The position numbers and the translations under genes were made by a program. The notes beneath the pieces are model-generated. The model searched no databases, was not told the origin of the DNA, and saw only the letters and a list, made by a program, of their open reading frames with translations. Of a DNA stretch of 64,000 nt, positions 29,319 through 38,034 are shown one piece after another. The DNA lies in contig JAFXEC010000011.1 in NCBI GenBank assembly GCA_017521005.1, positions 16,450 through 80,449 on the forward strand. The letters are read 5' to 3'. Source of the DNA: Clostridia bacterium (GTDB lineage Bacteria > Bacillota > Clostridia > TANB77 > CAG-465). Each line of letters begins with the position of its first letter. Within the stretch, counting starts at the first letter, position 1.

Positions 29319-29843
29319 GTGATTATAATTTTAGGAAAGTTTATAACAAGAGATGTATCAAGTTTGTACAATATAGAAAGAATAGCTGAGGATGGCGTCA
29401 TATTTGCAAATAAAAGAAAAATTAGTATTTACAAAGTAAATCCGGTAAATATAATAGCTTGGAATAAGGAAATGAAAAACAAAATAATATCAGCATATAT
29501 AGCCACGTTAAGGGGAATGCCAGACATGTTTCAAATAGTTGTGACAAAGCAAAAAAGCACATTGAAAAACGATATAGAACTGTACAAAAAAAGGTTGTTA
29601 GAAGTCGAAAATTATGGGTTGAAAATGGCTCTTAAGAATTATGTGGAATATTTACAAAAGATAGAAAACGAAAATGGAATATGCGAAATAAAACACTATT
29701 TAATAGTAGAAGAAAAAGGAAGAGAAGAAACAGAGAACATACACAATGCGTTTTTAAATATGAATGAGTTTGGTATGGAAATAAAAAGGGTAAATAGAAA
29801 AGCGGAAGTTGAAAATGTTATTAAGAGAGCGATGGAAACATGA
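29319..29843 (+). CDS. VirB4/TraC-like ATPase, N-terminal segment (split gene)
   Basis: ...EDGVIFANKRKISIYKVNPVNIIAWNKEM...IISAYIATLRG...FQIVV... matches the VirB4 N-domain pattern (DGiI..kiY.l.dvN...e.e.i...f..fL...Qi.i). Stop overlaps the next ATG (ATGA). Confidence 0.55.
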   Translation: MIIILGKFITRDVSSLYNIERIAEDGVIFANKRKISIYKVNPVNIIAWNKEMKNKIISAYIATLRGMPDMFQIVVTKQKSTLKNDIELYKKRLLEVENYGLKMALKNYVEYLQKIENENGICEIKHYLIVEEKGREETENIHNAFLNMNEFGMEIKRVNRKAEVENVIKRAMET

Positions 29844-31516
29844 GACGAAATACTGAAATTAAAAAGATTCTGCCGTCAGAGGTAAAAGAAAAATACAATT
29901 GTATGAAAGTGCAAGCAAAGTATATAAATGTGATGAGTATAGTAAGTATGAACGAAGTGATTTTCCTAGAGATGATTAATACTCTACTTTTACAAGAGGA
30001 AGTAACTATATCGTTTCATATATATAGACAAAATGGTCCAGAATTCTTGAGAAAATTAGCAAGAAGTGTGTTGGAAAGTGGTGCGGAAATTAAATCAATA
30101 AAGCAAAATCAATTGGATATTGAAGTGTTGGAAAAAAACAAGAAGAATGCCGAAGAAATAAAAAAAGAAATACAGGTAAATAATGAAGAAGTATATATAG
30201 TAGAAATATATGTTGCGCTTACAGCAAATGATGAAAACGAAGTGCTAAAAAAGAGTAATAATATAAAAAATGTTTTATATACAAAAGGAATTGTGTTGAA
30301 CCCAACATATTTTAAGCAAAAGAGCGGATATATTGCAACTTTGCCGTTGTTACAAACAAACAGCACATTAAGCGATTATACGGAGAATATTATGCTTACT
30401 ACAACTCTTGCAAGGATGTTCCCATTTTTTGAAAATGACATTTTAAATGAAAATGGAGTGTTTATAGGATGTCACGAAGATAAACATATTAAGTTATCAC
30501 TTCTTGCCCCACAGAATTTAAATTATAATATGTGTGTTTTTGGAAGTAGTGGAGTCGGAAAATCATTTTTTATAAAAGTATTAATAATGCGTAATTTTTA
30601 TAATAATGTTAATCAAATAATAATAGATCCAGAAGGTGAGTATAAGGATATAGTTTTAAGTTTAGGCGGGAACGTTTATGATATAGCAACATACAATCCT
30701 ATGTATATTGAAGAGAGATTTGCAAAAAGAAATGAAGATTTTTTAGCTGATACGATAAAACTAACGGAAGAATATCTATTTTATAGGCATGGCTTAGAAA
30801 ATGTAACATCACAAATAAAGAATGAATATTTAAAATATGGGATAACACAAGAGATAGAAACGCTTTATGAAAAAAGTAGAGAAGACAAAATATATTTGCA
30901 CCCTAAATACAAGACAAACTTCCCGCATATTAAACACATCTTGGATAGATTAAAAATACAGAATAACTTAAAAGAAACTGCTGGAATACCTACAACAGCT
31001 AAATTACACTGCTTTGTATTAAAGGGCAAGAATAAAGAAGAAATTAACAAAGAAATATCGGTATTTCTTCCTAAAATAAAACAATTAATACAAGAGAATA
31101 CGTTAATTTATTTTGATGAAATATGGAAAACAATAAACGCAAATATTACGGGGACTTTTATAGAAGAGATATATAATTTTTTCAAAACTTTAAGAAAAAG
31201 GAAGGCAGGTATAGTAGCTATTAGTCAAGATATAGGCGATTTATTTGCGATAGATGATGGTAATTTTGGAAAGAGTATATTAAACAATTCGTTTACTAAA
31301 ATATTTTTCAAAATGTCTTATTCGGATTTAGAAAAACTTCAAGGTATAGAAGAAACATTGAATTTGAGAGAGAAAACAACAAAGTTGATTAGAGGCGAAG
31401 CATATGTTCTACAGGGAGAAAGTAAATTTATTATTAGAATAGAAGCAAATGATTTCGAAAAAAATTTAATTGAAAAGGAGAGTGTATATGAAGAAAGTTT
31501 TAATAGCAATGGATAA
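29840..31516 (+). CDS. VirB4/TraC-like (CagE/TrbE) ATPase, C-terminal ATPase segment
   Basis: Walker A FGSSGVGKSF, IIIDPEGEY, Walker B LIYFDEIWK (DEAW-type) and AISQDIGDLF. Confidence 0.7.
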   Translation: MRRNTEIKKILPSEVKEKYNCMKVQAKYINVMSIVSMNEVIFLEMINTLLLQEEVTISFHIYRQNGPEFLRKLARSVLESGAEIKSIKQNQLDIEVLEKNKKNAEEIKKEIQVNNEEVYIVEIYVALTANDENEVLKKSNNIKNVLYTKGIVLNPTYFKQKSGYIATLPLLQTNSTLSDYTENIMLTTTLARMFPFFENDILNENGVFIGCHEDKHIKLSLLAPQNLNYNMCVFGSSGVGKSFFIKVLIMRNFYNNVNQIIIDPEGEYKDIVLSLGGNVYDIATYNPMYIEERFAKRNEDFLADTIKLTEEYLFYRHGLENVTSQIKNEYLKYGITQEIETLYEKSREDKIYLHPKYKTNFPHIKHILDRLKIQNNLKETAGIPTTAKLHCFVLKGKNKEEINKEISVFLPKIKQLIQENTLIYFDEIWKTINANITGTFIEEIYNFFKTLRKRKAGIVAISQDIGDLFAIDDGNFGKSILNNSFTKIFFKMSYSDLEKLQGIEETLNLREKTTKLIRGEAYVLQGESKFIIRIEANDFEKNLIEKESVYEESFNSNG

Positions 31517-32729
31517 TGAAACGTTACTTAGTCAAATAAAAAAATGTGGTAAATATTTAACATATGGTTATGATATTGATAATAAAGAAAATGTACTAGA
31601 ATATTTAAGTAAAAATGTGGTTGATGTTATAGTTACGAAAGACACGTTAAATGGAGATATTGAATTTAAGGAGTATATAAGAGAAATAAGAAAAAGACAA
31701 GAGACAATAAAAATTGTAGTAGTAATAGCAGCGCTAACGGAAGATATAAAAGGTTTTTTGTTAGCAAATGAGGTAAATAACATAATAGAAGGAGAGTGTG
31801 TAGCATTTAGCAAAATACTAGAGATGATAGATAGCAAAAGTGGAATAATAGAGAAAATGGAAACACAAAAAAATGTGATAAAACAAAGTCCAAAGATAAC
31901 TACAAAGCAAAAGATTTGCGTTTTTGGAACAAGTGGTGCAGGTAAATCATATATTTCAAGCATACTAGCACACCACATTAGTAAAAAATACAAATTGAAC
32001 ACATTGCTTATAGATATGGATCTCCAAAACGCCGCGGTGGATATATATAACAATTTAACAAATGCTACAAATTCACTGGATTGTTTGATGGAAGAAATAG
32101 ATAATGACACTTTTAATAGAGAGTCCTTGCTAGATTATATTAGTAGGGGTGAGAAAAATAATAAACTATCGTTTATAACAAATAACGTAGGCGTTTATGA
32201 ATGTCAAAATAGGTTGTCTAAAAAGTATTATGAAAAATTGTATACGGAAGCGGAAAAAAATTATGACACTATAATAATAGATATGCCGTCAACACCATTT
32301 TTAGATGTAGTTCCGTTTTCGCTTATGCAAGCAGATAAAATTCTGTTTGTGCTTAATCCTAATTTTATTAGCATTAGACAAGCTATAAAATATATTGATT
32401 TAATGGTAAATGTATGGCAAATAGATAAAGAAAAAATATTTTTAATAATAAATAAAACAACCGAGAACTCTTTAACACTTAAACAAGTGAAAGCAATGTT
32501 AAGAGATTATACTGTGTTGCTAAAGTTGGAAGAAACGAGAAATGTTGAAAAAATAGTAAATGGTTTAGCAAATATAACTGGCGAAGAAATAATAGATACA
32601 GATGAATTGACAAAGATGTTAAATATAGATGACTGTGTACAAAGAGTGAAAGGTGAGGAAAAAACGAGTGCTTATAAATGCATACAGAACTGTTTTGGTA
32701 GAAAAGAAAACAAAAAAGATACAAAATAG
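31488..32729 (+). CDS. TadZ/CpaE-like ATPase: receiver-like N-domain plus ParA/MinD-type P-loop domain
   Basis: N-terminal ~130 aa with CheY-like pattern (MKKVLIAMDNETLL...VVDVIVTKD...). Then VFGTSGAGKSYISSILA P-loop and ...LLIDMDLQN.... Confidence 0.6.
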   Translation: MKKVLIAMDNETLLSQIKKCGKYLTYGYDIDNKENVLEYLSKNVVDVIVTKDTLNGDIEFKEYIREIRKRQETIKIVVVIAALTEDIKGFLLANEVNNIIEGECVAFSKILEMIDSKSGIIEKMETQKNVIKQSPKITTKQKICVFGTSGAGKSYISSILAHHISKKYKLNTLLIDMDLQNAAVDIYNNLTNATNSLDCLMEEIDNDTFNRESLLDYISRGEKNNKLSFITNNVGVYECQNRLSKKYYEKLYTEAEKNYDTIIIDMPSTPFLDVVPFSLMQADKILFVLNPNFISIRQAIKYIDLMVNVWQIDKEKIFLIINKTTENSLTLKQVKAMLRDYTVLLKLEETRNVEKIVNGLANITGEEIIDTDELTKMLNIDDCVQRVKGEEKTSAYKCIQNCFGRKENKKDTK

Positions 32730-33843
32730 TAACGAAATAATAAAGCAAATTGCTAAGCGATTGTTGGATGAGGAACTAGAAACAATAGAAAAAGGAAATA
32801 AAGAAAAGCTGGTTAAAAAAATAGAAACCAATTTAATTAATGATTTTGAAATAGTGGAAGAAAAAACAGTAGATTACTATATAAAGGAAGTGCTAAACAG
32901 AATATATGGATACGGTATTTTGGAAAAGTTTTTAAGGGATGGAAAGACTACAGATATACGAGCAGTCGCGTTTGATAACATTTATATAAAGCAGATGGGA
33001 AAATGGAAAAGAGTAAATGAAACATTTGCGAACAATGAAGAATTTGAAGAATATATTAGATTTTGTGCATTGAAAAACAATTATAATATAAACAACGAGA
33101 ATCCTATTGGAGTTTTTAGTGATAGAAAAATGGGGCTCAGAATAGAAGCTGGTATAAGCCCGGTTAATATTAACAATTCTAGTTTGGTTATAAGAGTTCA
33201 CAGAAAAGAGATGGATAAAACATTAGAATTATTAAAACAAAAATATAAGATGTTAGACGAAAAATCATATATGACAGTTAAAAAAGCTGTAAACAGAATG
33301 AATAATATTTTAATTTGTGGAAAAGGCGGGAGCGGAAAAACGACATTGCTAAGAGCGATTATAAATGAGCTGCCACAGACTATTGCTATAAATACTAATG
33401 AAGAAACGGCAGAATTGTACTTAGAAGGAAGAAATGTTATTCAAAGAGAGTGTTTGTTGACTAGAACGGAAGACAAGAACATAGATTTGGATAGACTGTC
33501 TAGGCATTCTTTGGTGATGTCAAATGATGTTATTGTAATAGGTGAATTAAAAGGAAAAGAAGCAAATTCGTTTTTTGACGCGGTTTCAACAGGACATATG
33601 GGACTTGCAACAGTACATTCGGATTCCGCAAAAAACGCAATTGATAGAGTAATTACATTAATAAGAAAAGACTCAAAAGCAACACAATATACAGAAAAAT
33701 TCTTAAGACGATTTTTGGCAGAGACAATAGATTATATTATTTGGATGAAAGATTTTGAAGTGAAAGAAATAAGTGCTATCAAGTATGATGAAATTAATGA
33801 TAAATTTAAGATGGAATTTTTATATAAGAAGGTGCAGTGTTGA
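32653..33843 (+). CDS. CpaF/TadA/VirB11-family secretion ATPase
   Basis: Walker A ILICGKGGSGKTTLLRAII, Walker B ...DVIVIGELKG, His-box-like ...GLATVHSDSAKNAIDR. Confidence 0.7.
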   Translation: MRKKRVLINAYRTVLVEKKTKKIQNSNEIIKQIAKRLLDEELETIEKGNKEKLVKKIETNLINDFEIVEEKTVDYYIKEVLNRIYGYGILEKFLRDGKTTDIRAVAFDNIYIKQMGKWKRVNETFANNEEFEEYIRFCALKNNYNINNENPIGVFSDRKMGLRIEAGISPVNINNSSLVIRVHRKEMDKTLELLKQKYKMLDEKSYMTVKKAVNRMNNILICGKGGSGKTTLLRAIINELPQTIAINTNEETAELYLEGRNVIQRECLLTRTEDKNIDLDRLSRHSLVMSNDVIVIGELKGKEANSFFDAVSTGHMGLATVHSDSAKNAIDRVITLIRKDSKATQYTEKFLRRFLAETIDYIIWMKDFEVKEISAIKYDEINDKFKMEFLYKKVQC

Positions 33844-34706
33844 TAGAAATAATACAATTTAGTTTGTTAATATGTGCTGTATATATAATGGTTGAATGGG
33901 CGATAAAAGATTATATAAGTCCTGTAAAATTACTTAATAGAAGCAAGATGTTTCATTCGTTAAATGTAGAGTTGCAGAACTTAAATATTAAAAGGGGGTT
34001 AAGAGGTAAAGTTCGAATAACTACTTTGACTGTAATTATAATTAGTGCAATTTTGTTTTTAATATTTGTTTTTATTTTATTTATATATATAAGGATTTTA
34101 AGTACCGCCGTAATTCTTTCGTTACCTATTTTAATTTCACCAATAATTATATCTAAAATTCTAGTTATACGAAATAAAGAAAAAATATCTAAGCAAATCC
34201 CTTTTTACACAATTAATATAAAGAATCAAATGAAAGAAGATAATGATATAGTTCAAGCTATAAAAAGAACAAAGGTAGAAGAACCACTAAAAAAACATAT
34301 AGATAAATTCAAATTAAATGTATTTAACGGAATGAATGTGATATCTGCTATGGAAAAACTAAAAAGTGATGTGGATGTAAAAGATTTTGGTGAAATGATA
34401 GAGACGTTTGAAGTTTGTTATAAAAATGGTGGCGATTTTGTAAAAGTGTTAGAAAAAATTATTCTTATGAAAACTAAAGAAAGGATGTATAAAGAAGAGA
34501 CTGAAGAAAAGGCTTTCGCGTCGGTAGTTACATTGATAATAATGATGTTGTTGAGCGTTTTTGTAATTGCAACATTTGTATTTGGTAATTTAGAATATGC
34601 AAATATAGTACGAAGTACATTTGGTGGAAAGCTAATTTTAAATTTAACTGCAATATCGTACATGGTAATGACATGGATAATTGCTAAAGTATATAAGGAG
34701 GATTAA
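33837..34706 (+). CDS. TadB/TadC-like platform protein (T2SS-F domain)
   Basis: TM, then cytoplasmic helical domain (...VISAMEKLKSD...CYKNGGDFVKVLEKI...), then C-terminal TMs. GspF/TadB architecture. Confidence 0.55.
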   Translation: MLIEIIQFSLLICAVYIMVEWAIKDYISPVKLLNRSKMFHSLNVELQNLNIKRGLRGKVRITTLTVIIISAILFLIFVFILFIYIRILSTAVILSLPILISPIIISKILVIRNKEKISKQIPFYTINIKNQMKEDNDIVQAIKRTKVEEPLKKHIDKFKLNVFNGMNVISAMEKLKSDVDVKDFGEMIETFEVCYKNGGDFVKVLEKIILMKTKERMYKEETEEKAFASVVTLIIMMLLSVFVIATFVFGNLEYANIVRSTFGGKLILNLTAISYMVMTWIIAKVYKED

Positions 34707-34707
34707 G

Positions 34708-35436
34708 ATGGATATAGATGCTATGATAGATAGAGTAAGAAATAATGTGCTGGAACTAGACACAGACAGAAGACTAGATGTATTAAAAGGTGATCTACAA
34801 TCGATTTCTGAAAAAGCGTTAGAAAAGTCGATGAATTATATAATAAAATCAATACCTATGCCGGATGCTGTTAGAGATGTATTAAAAGATGTTAAGGAAA
34901 CCATAAAAACGAAAGAGCTTAGGGAGATTATAAAAACAGCAGTAAACAGTAGTATTAGGGAAGGTTTGGAAATAGCGGGCGTATCAAAAACAAATATTAA
35001 TACGTTAAAAGATATGAAAAACTTTGCTTTTAAGGGAGGACTGGTTATATTGTTAAAGAATGGCCTCGAGATAGTGGAAAATAAGTTCTTGAAAAATAAC
35101 ATTGTAAGCGATTATGTGTATAGTTTTTTTACAAAACTAAAAAACTGCATTTTAAGTAAGGAATTCTTAAAGAAGATAGATTCAATGGTGGATAGATTAA
35201 CAAATAAAAAACAAGAATACATTGAAAAATGTGAATCGTGGTATGATGCATATAGAAGCATGGATATAGTTAAGATTAATAAGTTATCTGAAGAGCTTGG
35301 GACTAATCATTATATAATTTCTAGATATGATGACTGCAATAGAGAAAATAAAATAATACAAAATATGACAAAAATGATAAATGCTAAAAAAGGGTTCCTT
35401 TCATTAGAACAGCAAAAACTGTGTGAATCAATGTAA
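34708..35436 (+). CDS. Hypothetical helical protein (243 aa) in the secretion-like cluster
   Basis: AAGGAGG RBS before MDIDAMIDRV.... No TM. Confidence 0.5.
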   Translation: MDIDAMIDRVRNNVLELDTDRRLDVLKGDLQSISEKALEKSMNYIIKSIPMPDAVRDVLKDVKETIKTKELREIIKTAVNSSIREGLEIAGVSKTNINTLKDMKNFAFKGGLVILLKNGLEIVENKFLKNNIVSDYVYSFFTKLKNCILSKEFLKKIDSMVDRLTNKKQEYIEKCESWYDAYRSMDIVKINKLSEELGTNHYIISRYDDCNRENKIIQNMTKMINAKKGFLSLEQQKLCESM

Positions 35437-35494
35437 TTTCGGGTATTGAAAGCAAAAATAATATGTAGTATAATGGTGCCAGGAGAGGGTGTTT

Positions 35495-35725
35495 ATGTCT
35501 AAATTAAAGGAAGTTCCAAATGCAAAAGCAAAATTAATAGGGATGTTAATATCTATAGCACTGATGGTATTTTCTGTTACGCAAGTATATTATCTTGCAT
35601 TATACACATTTGGACGTGAAATATCTGAAGATAAATTGGCAGTATATAAATGGGTTGTAAAGCTTGTTAATTATGACGAAAAAACAGATTCGACATTACA
35701 AGATGCTGCGCCAGATGCCGAGTAG
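35495..35725 (+). CDS. Small single-TM protein (76 aa)
   Basis: GGAGAGGG RBS before ATG MSKLKEVPNAKAKLIGMLISIALMVFSV.... Charged N-terminus, one TM, acidic tail. Confidence 0.45.
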   Translation: MSKLKEVPNAKAKLIGMLISIALMVFSVTQVYYLALYTFGREISEDKLAVYKWVVKLVNYDEKTDSTLQDAAPDAE

Positions 35726-35734
35726 GAGGTTGTT

Positions 35735-36073
35735 ATGAATTTTTACGATAAAGTACATGAACTAGTGAGAAATTTTAAGGATACAGAGGAATATAAAAAA
35801 TATATGGAACTAAAGAAGAAGGTAAAAGAAGATGCTATGTTAAAAGAAAAAATAGATACATTTAGAAACAAGCAAATGGATTACCAAAAACAATATATAA
35901 ACGGTACGCCAATGTCCGATACAAGCAAAGAAGAAATGCAACAACTATATTCTTTAATAATCCAAAGTCCTCTTGGAGCTGAATTTTTTCAAGCGGAAAT
36001 TAGACTAAATGTATTGCTTGCAGATATGCAAAAGATAATAAATGATGGAATGAAGGATATATTAGAGTTTTAA
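35735..36073 (+). CDS. YheA/YmcA/YlbF-like (UPF0342) regulator
   Basis: MNFYDKVHELVRNFKDTEEYKKYMELKKKVKEDAMLKEKIDTFRNKQ... matches the UPF0342 pattern. Confidence 0.65.
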   Translation: MNFYDKVHELVRNFKDTEEYKKYMELKKKVKEDAMLKEKIDTFRNKQMDYQKQYINGTPMSDTSKEEMQQLYSLIIQSPLGAEFFQAEIRLNVLLADMQKIINDGMKDILEF

Positions 36074-36075
36074 TT

Positions 36076-36648
36076 ATGGATTTATCATATCAAATGCAAA
36101 ACATGTTGAAACTATTAAAAAATAGTAAAACAAAAGTAGAGATAGCTGCTGATGTAAAGAAAGATGAATATAACTTTATGTCGGACAAGATATATATATC
36201 TACTAATACTGAAACTTTTCAAAAAGGGTTAGAAAAAGCTAATCCTTTTTGCCTTAAGTTGATAGCTATATATAAAGCATGTTTCAAATCTAAACAGAGT
36301 AAAATGCTACATGTATTTAATGTAATGTTAACAAATATTAGCATAATTATGTTTGCTATGATGATAATGTTTAGAATTGTGTTAGGGAAATCAAGAGGAG
36401 TATGTTTATTAACAATAATAGTAATGATATTCTCTATAATATTAATGCTATCTATGGAGGCAAACGCGTATAAAAGAGCGTGTAAACATATAAAGAAAAA
36501 TATAACTACGCTAGGAGACAAAGATATAACTAAGGAAAATGTGAATAGCGTGGAAAAGATAGTAGAAAAAATCAAGACAAAGTTGATAATTAACAAAGCA
36601 ATGTATAAACTAGTAATGGTAATAATTGCGCTTTTGTTAATGATATAA
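36076..36648 (+). CDS. Hypothetical membrane protein (about 3 TM)
   Basis: ORF directly after the YheA-like gene stop. Hydrophobic core. Confidence 0.45.
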   Translation: MDLSYQMQNMLKLLKNSKTKVEIAADVKKDEYNFMSDKIYISTNTETFQKGLEKANPFCLKLIAIYKACFKSKQSKMLHVFNVMLTNISIIMFAMMIMFRIVLGKSRGVCLLTIIVMIFSIILMLSMEANAYKRACKHIKKNITTLGDKDITKENVNSVEKIVEKIKTKLIINKAMYKLVMVIIALLLMI

Positions 36649-36664
36649 CAAAAGAGAGGGAAGT

Positions 36665-37522
36665 ATGGTATTTTCAAATAAATTTTATTATTTTCATTTG
36701 AACAGATATGAAAAGAAAATATACAGAAAATTTGAAAGAAATAAATGGCGCATGAAAAATGGTAAGGCAAGAATAGAGTTTTCTTATGCGTTTTCGTGGC
36801 TATTAAAATGGAGAAGTGGTTCGGATAAAATAAACGATTATTACGCAGAAGCTACAAGAGCATATTTGTATGATAACCCGGATGTGTTTTATATCGATCA
36901 AAATAAGATGTATATTAATACTTTAGCGAGACATAAAGGCGTAAGAAAAAGAACAAAAACATATATGGATGCGGGTGCTAATGGAAATTATTATGTTTAT
37001 GGATATAAGTCTAGATTACAAATTAGTATTATTGAAAGAAAGTTAAGAAAGATAGTTCGTGGGCTTAAAAGAGTAACTAGAGGAATGTCTGACTACGACA
37101 AAGTAAAGACGGTACATGATTATTTAGTTAATACTTGTAGATACGATATAGAATTTTCAAATCCTAATATGTTTAATATATATGGGGCGCTAATAGATGG
37201 CGTTTGTGTTTGTGCAGGCTATGCAAGAGCCTTAAAATATGTATTAGATGCTATGGGAATTAAATGTATTTGTATAATAGGTAGAGGCGGAGATATATTA
37301 GAAAGAGCAGAAGGGCATGCTTGGAACTATGTTAAATTAGATGGTCAGTGGTATGCTATAGATGTTACATGGGATGATCCCGTTGGAGATGTAGATGAAA
37401 TTAGATATGATTATTTCTTAATGGGAAGTAAACAAATAACAAAAGATCATTTGCCTTCTGAAGCTTATGATTATCCGGAACTTGCTGGAGATGGAAGAGA
37501 CAAAGTTTGTTATAAACTGTGA
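36665..37522 (+). CDS. Transglutaminase-like cysteine protease domain protein
   Basis: Cys-His-Asp triad context: DGVCVCAGYARAL ... EGHAWNYV ... YAIDVTWDD. Confidence 0.75.
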   Translation: MVFSNKFYYFHLNRYEKKIYRKFERNKWRMKNGKARIEFSYAFSWLLKWRSGSDKINDYYAEATRAYLYDNPDVFYIDQNKMYINTLARHKGVRKRTKTYMDAGANGNYYVYGYKSRLQISIIERKLRKIVRGLKRVTRGMSDYDKVKTVHDYLVNTCRYDIEFSNPNMFNIYGALIDGVCVCAGYARALKYVLDAMGIKCICIIGRGGDILERAEGHAWNYVKLDGQWYAIDVTWDDPVGDVDEIRYDYFLMGSKQITKDHLPSEAYDYPELAGDGRDKVCYKL

Positions 37523-37532
37523 TGGAGTATAT

Positions 37533-37994
37533 ATGTATAAAGAAAAATATATGAAAGAAGCTTTAAAAGAAGCTAAAAAAGCGCTAGCCAAGGATGAAGT
37601 GCCAATAGGCGCGGTTATAGTATTAGATGATAAAATAATAGCAAGAGGTCATAACCTTAGAGAAACTAAAATGAATAGTTTGAAACATGCAGAAATTGTT
37701 GTTATAGATAAGGCGTGCAAAAAGCTAAGTAATTTTAGGTTAGAAAAATGTGAATTATATGTAACTTTAGAGCCATGCCTTATGTGTTCTGGGGCGATAG
37801 TTCAATCTAGAATAAAAAAAGTCTATTTCGGCGCGAACGATGAAAAGTATGGAGCTGTTACAAGTGTAGCAAATGCGTTCGAGATAAAATCTAATCATAA
37901 AGTTGAATTTGAATCGGGAATCCTGAAAGAAGAGTGTGAAAAAATAATAAAAGACTTTTTTAAGGAATTAAGAGAAAAGAAGAAAAATAAATAA
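37533..37994 (+). CDS. tadA: tRNA-specific adenosine(34) deaminase TadA
   Basis: MYKEKYMKEALKEAKKALAKDEVPIGAVIV...HAEIVVI...LEPCLMCSGAI has the CDA zinc motifs HAE and PCxxC. Confidence 0.9.
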   Translation: MYKEKYMKEALKEAKKALAKDEVPIGAVIVLDDKIIARGHNLRETKMNSLKHAEIVVIDKACKKLSNFRLEKCELYVTLEPCLMCSGAIVQSRIKKVYFGANDEKYGAVTSVANAFEIKSNHKVEFESGILKEECEKIIKDFFKELREKKKNK

Positions 37995-38034
37995 AAAACA
38001 AGAACAAAGTTGTTTTCAACTTTGTTCTTTTATA

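Noticed and set aside
29108-29389. Plus-strand 93-aa ORF spanning the divergent promoter region
   Set aside because: It overlaps the better-supported minus-strand 54-aa gene and the intergenic promoter. Its translation has no coding character.
29319-37522. Integrative conjugative element or prophage interpretation of the ATPase cluster
   Set aside because: No integrase, recombinase, relaxase, VirD4 coupling protein, replication or phage structural genes. No flanking direct repeats seen. Composition matches the host.
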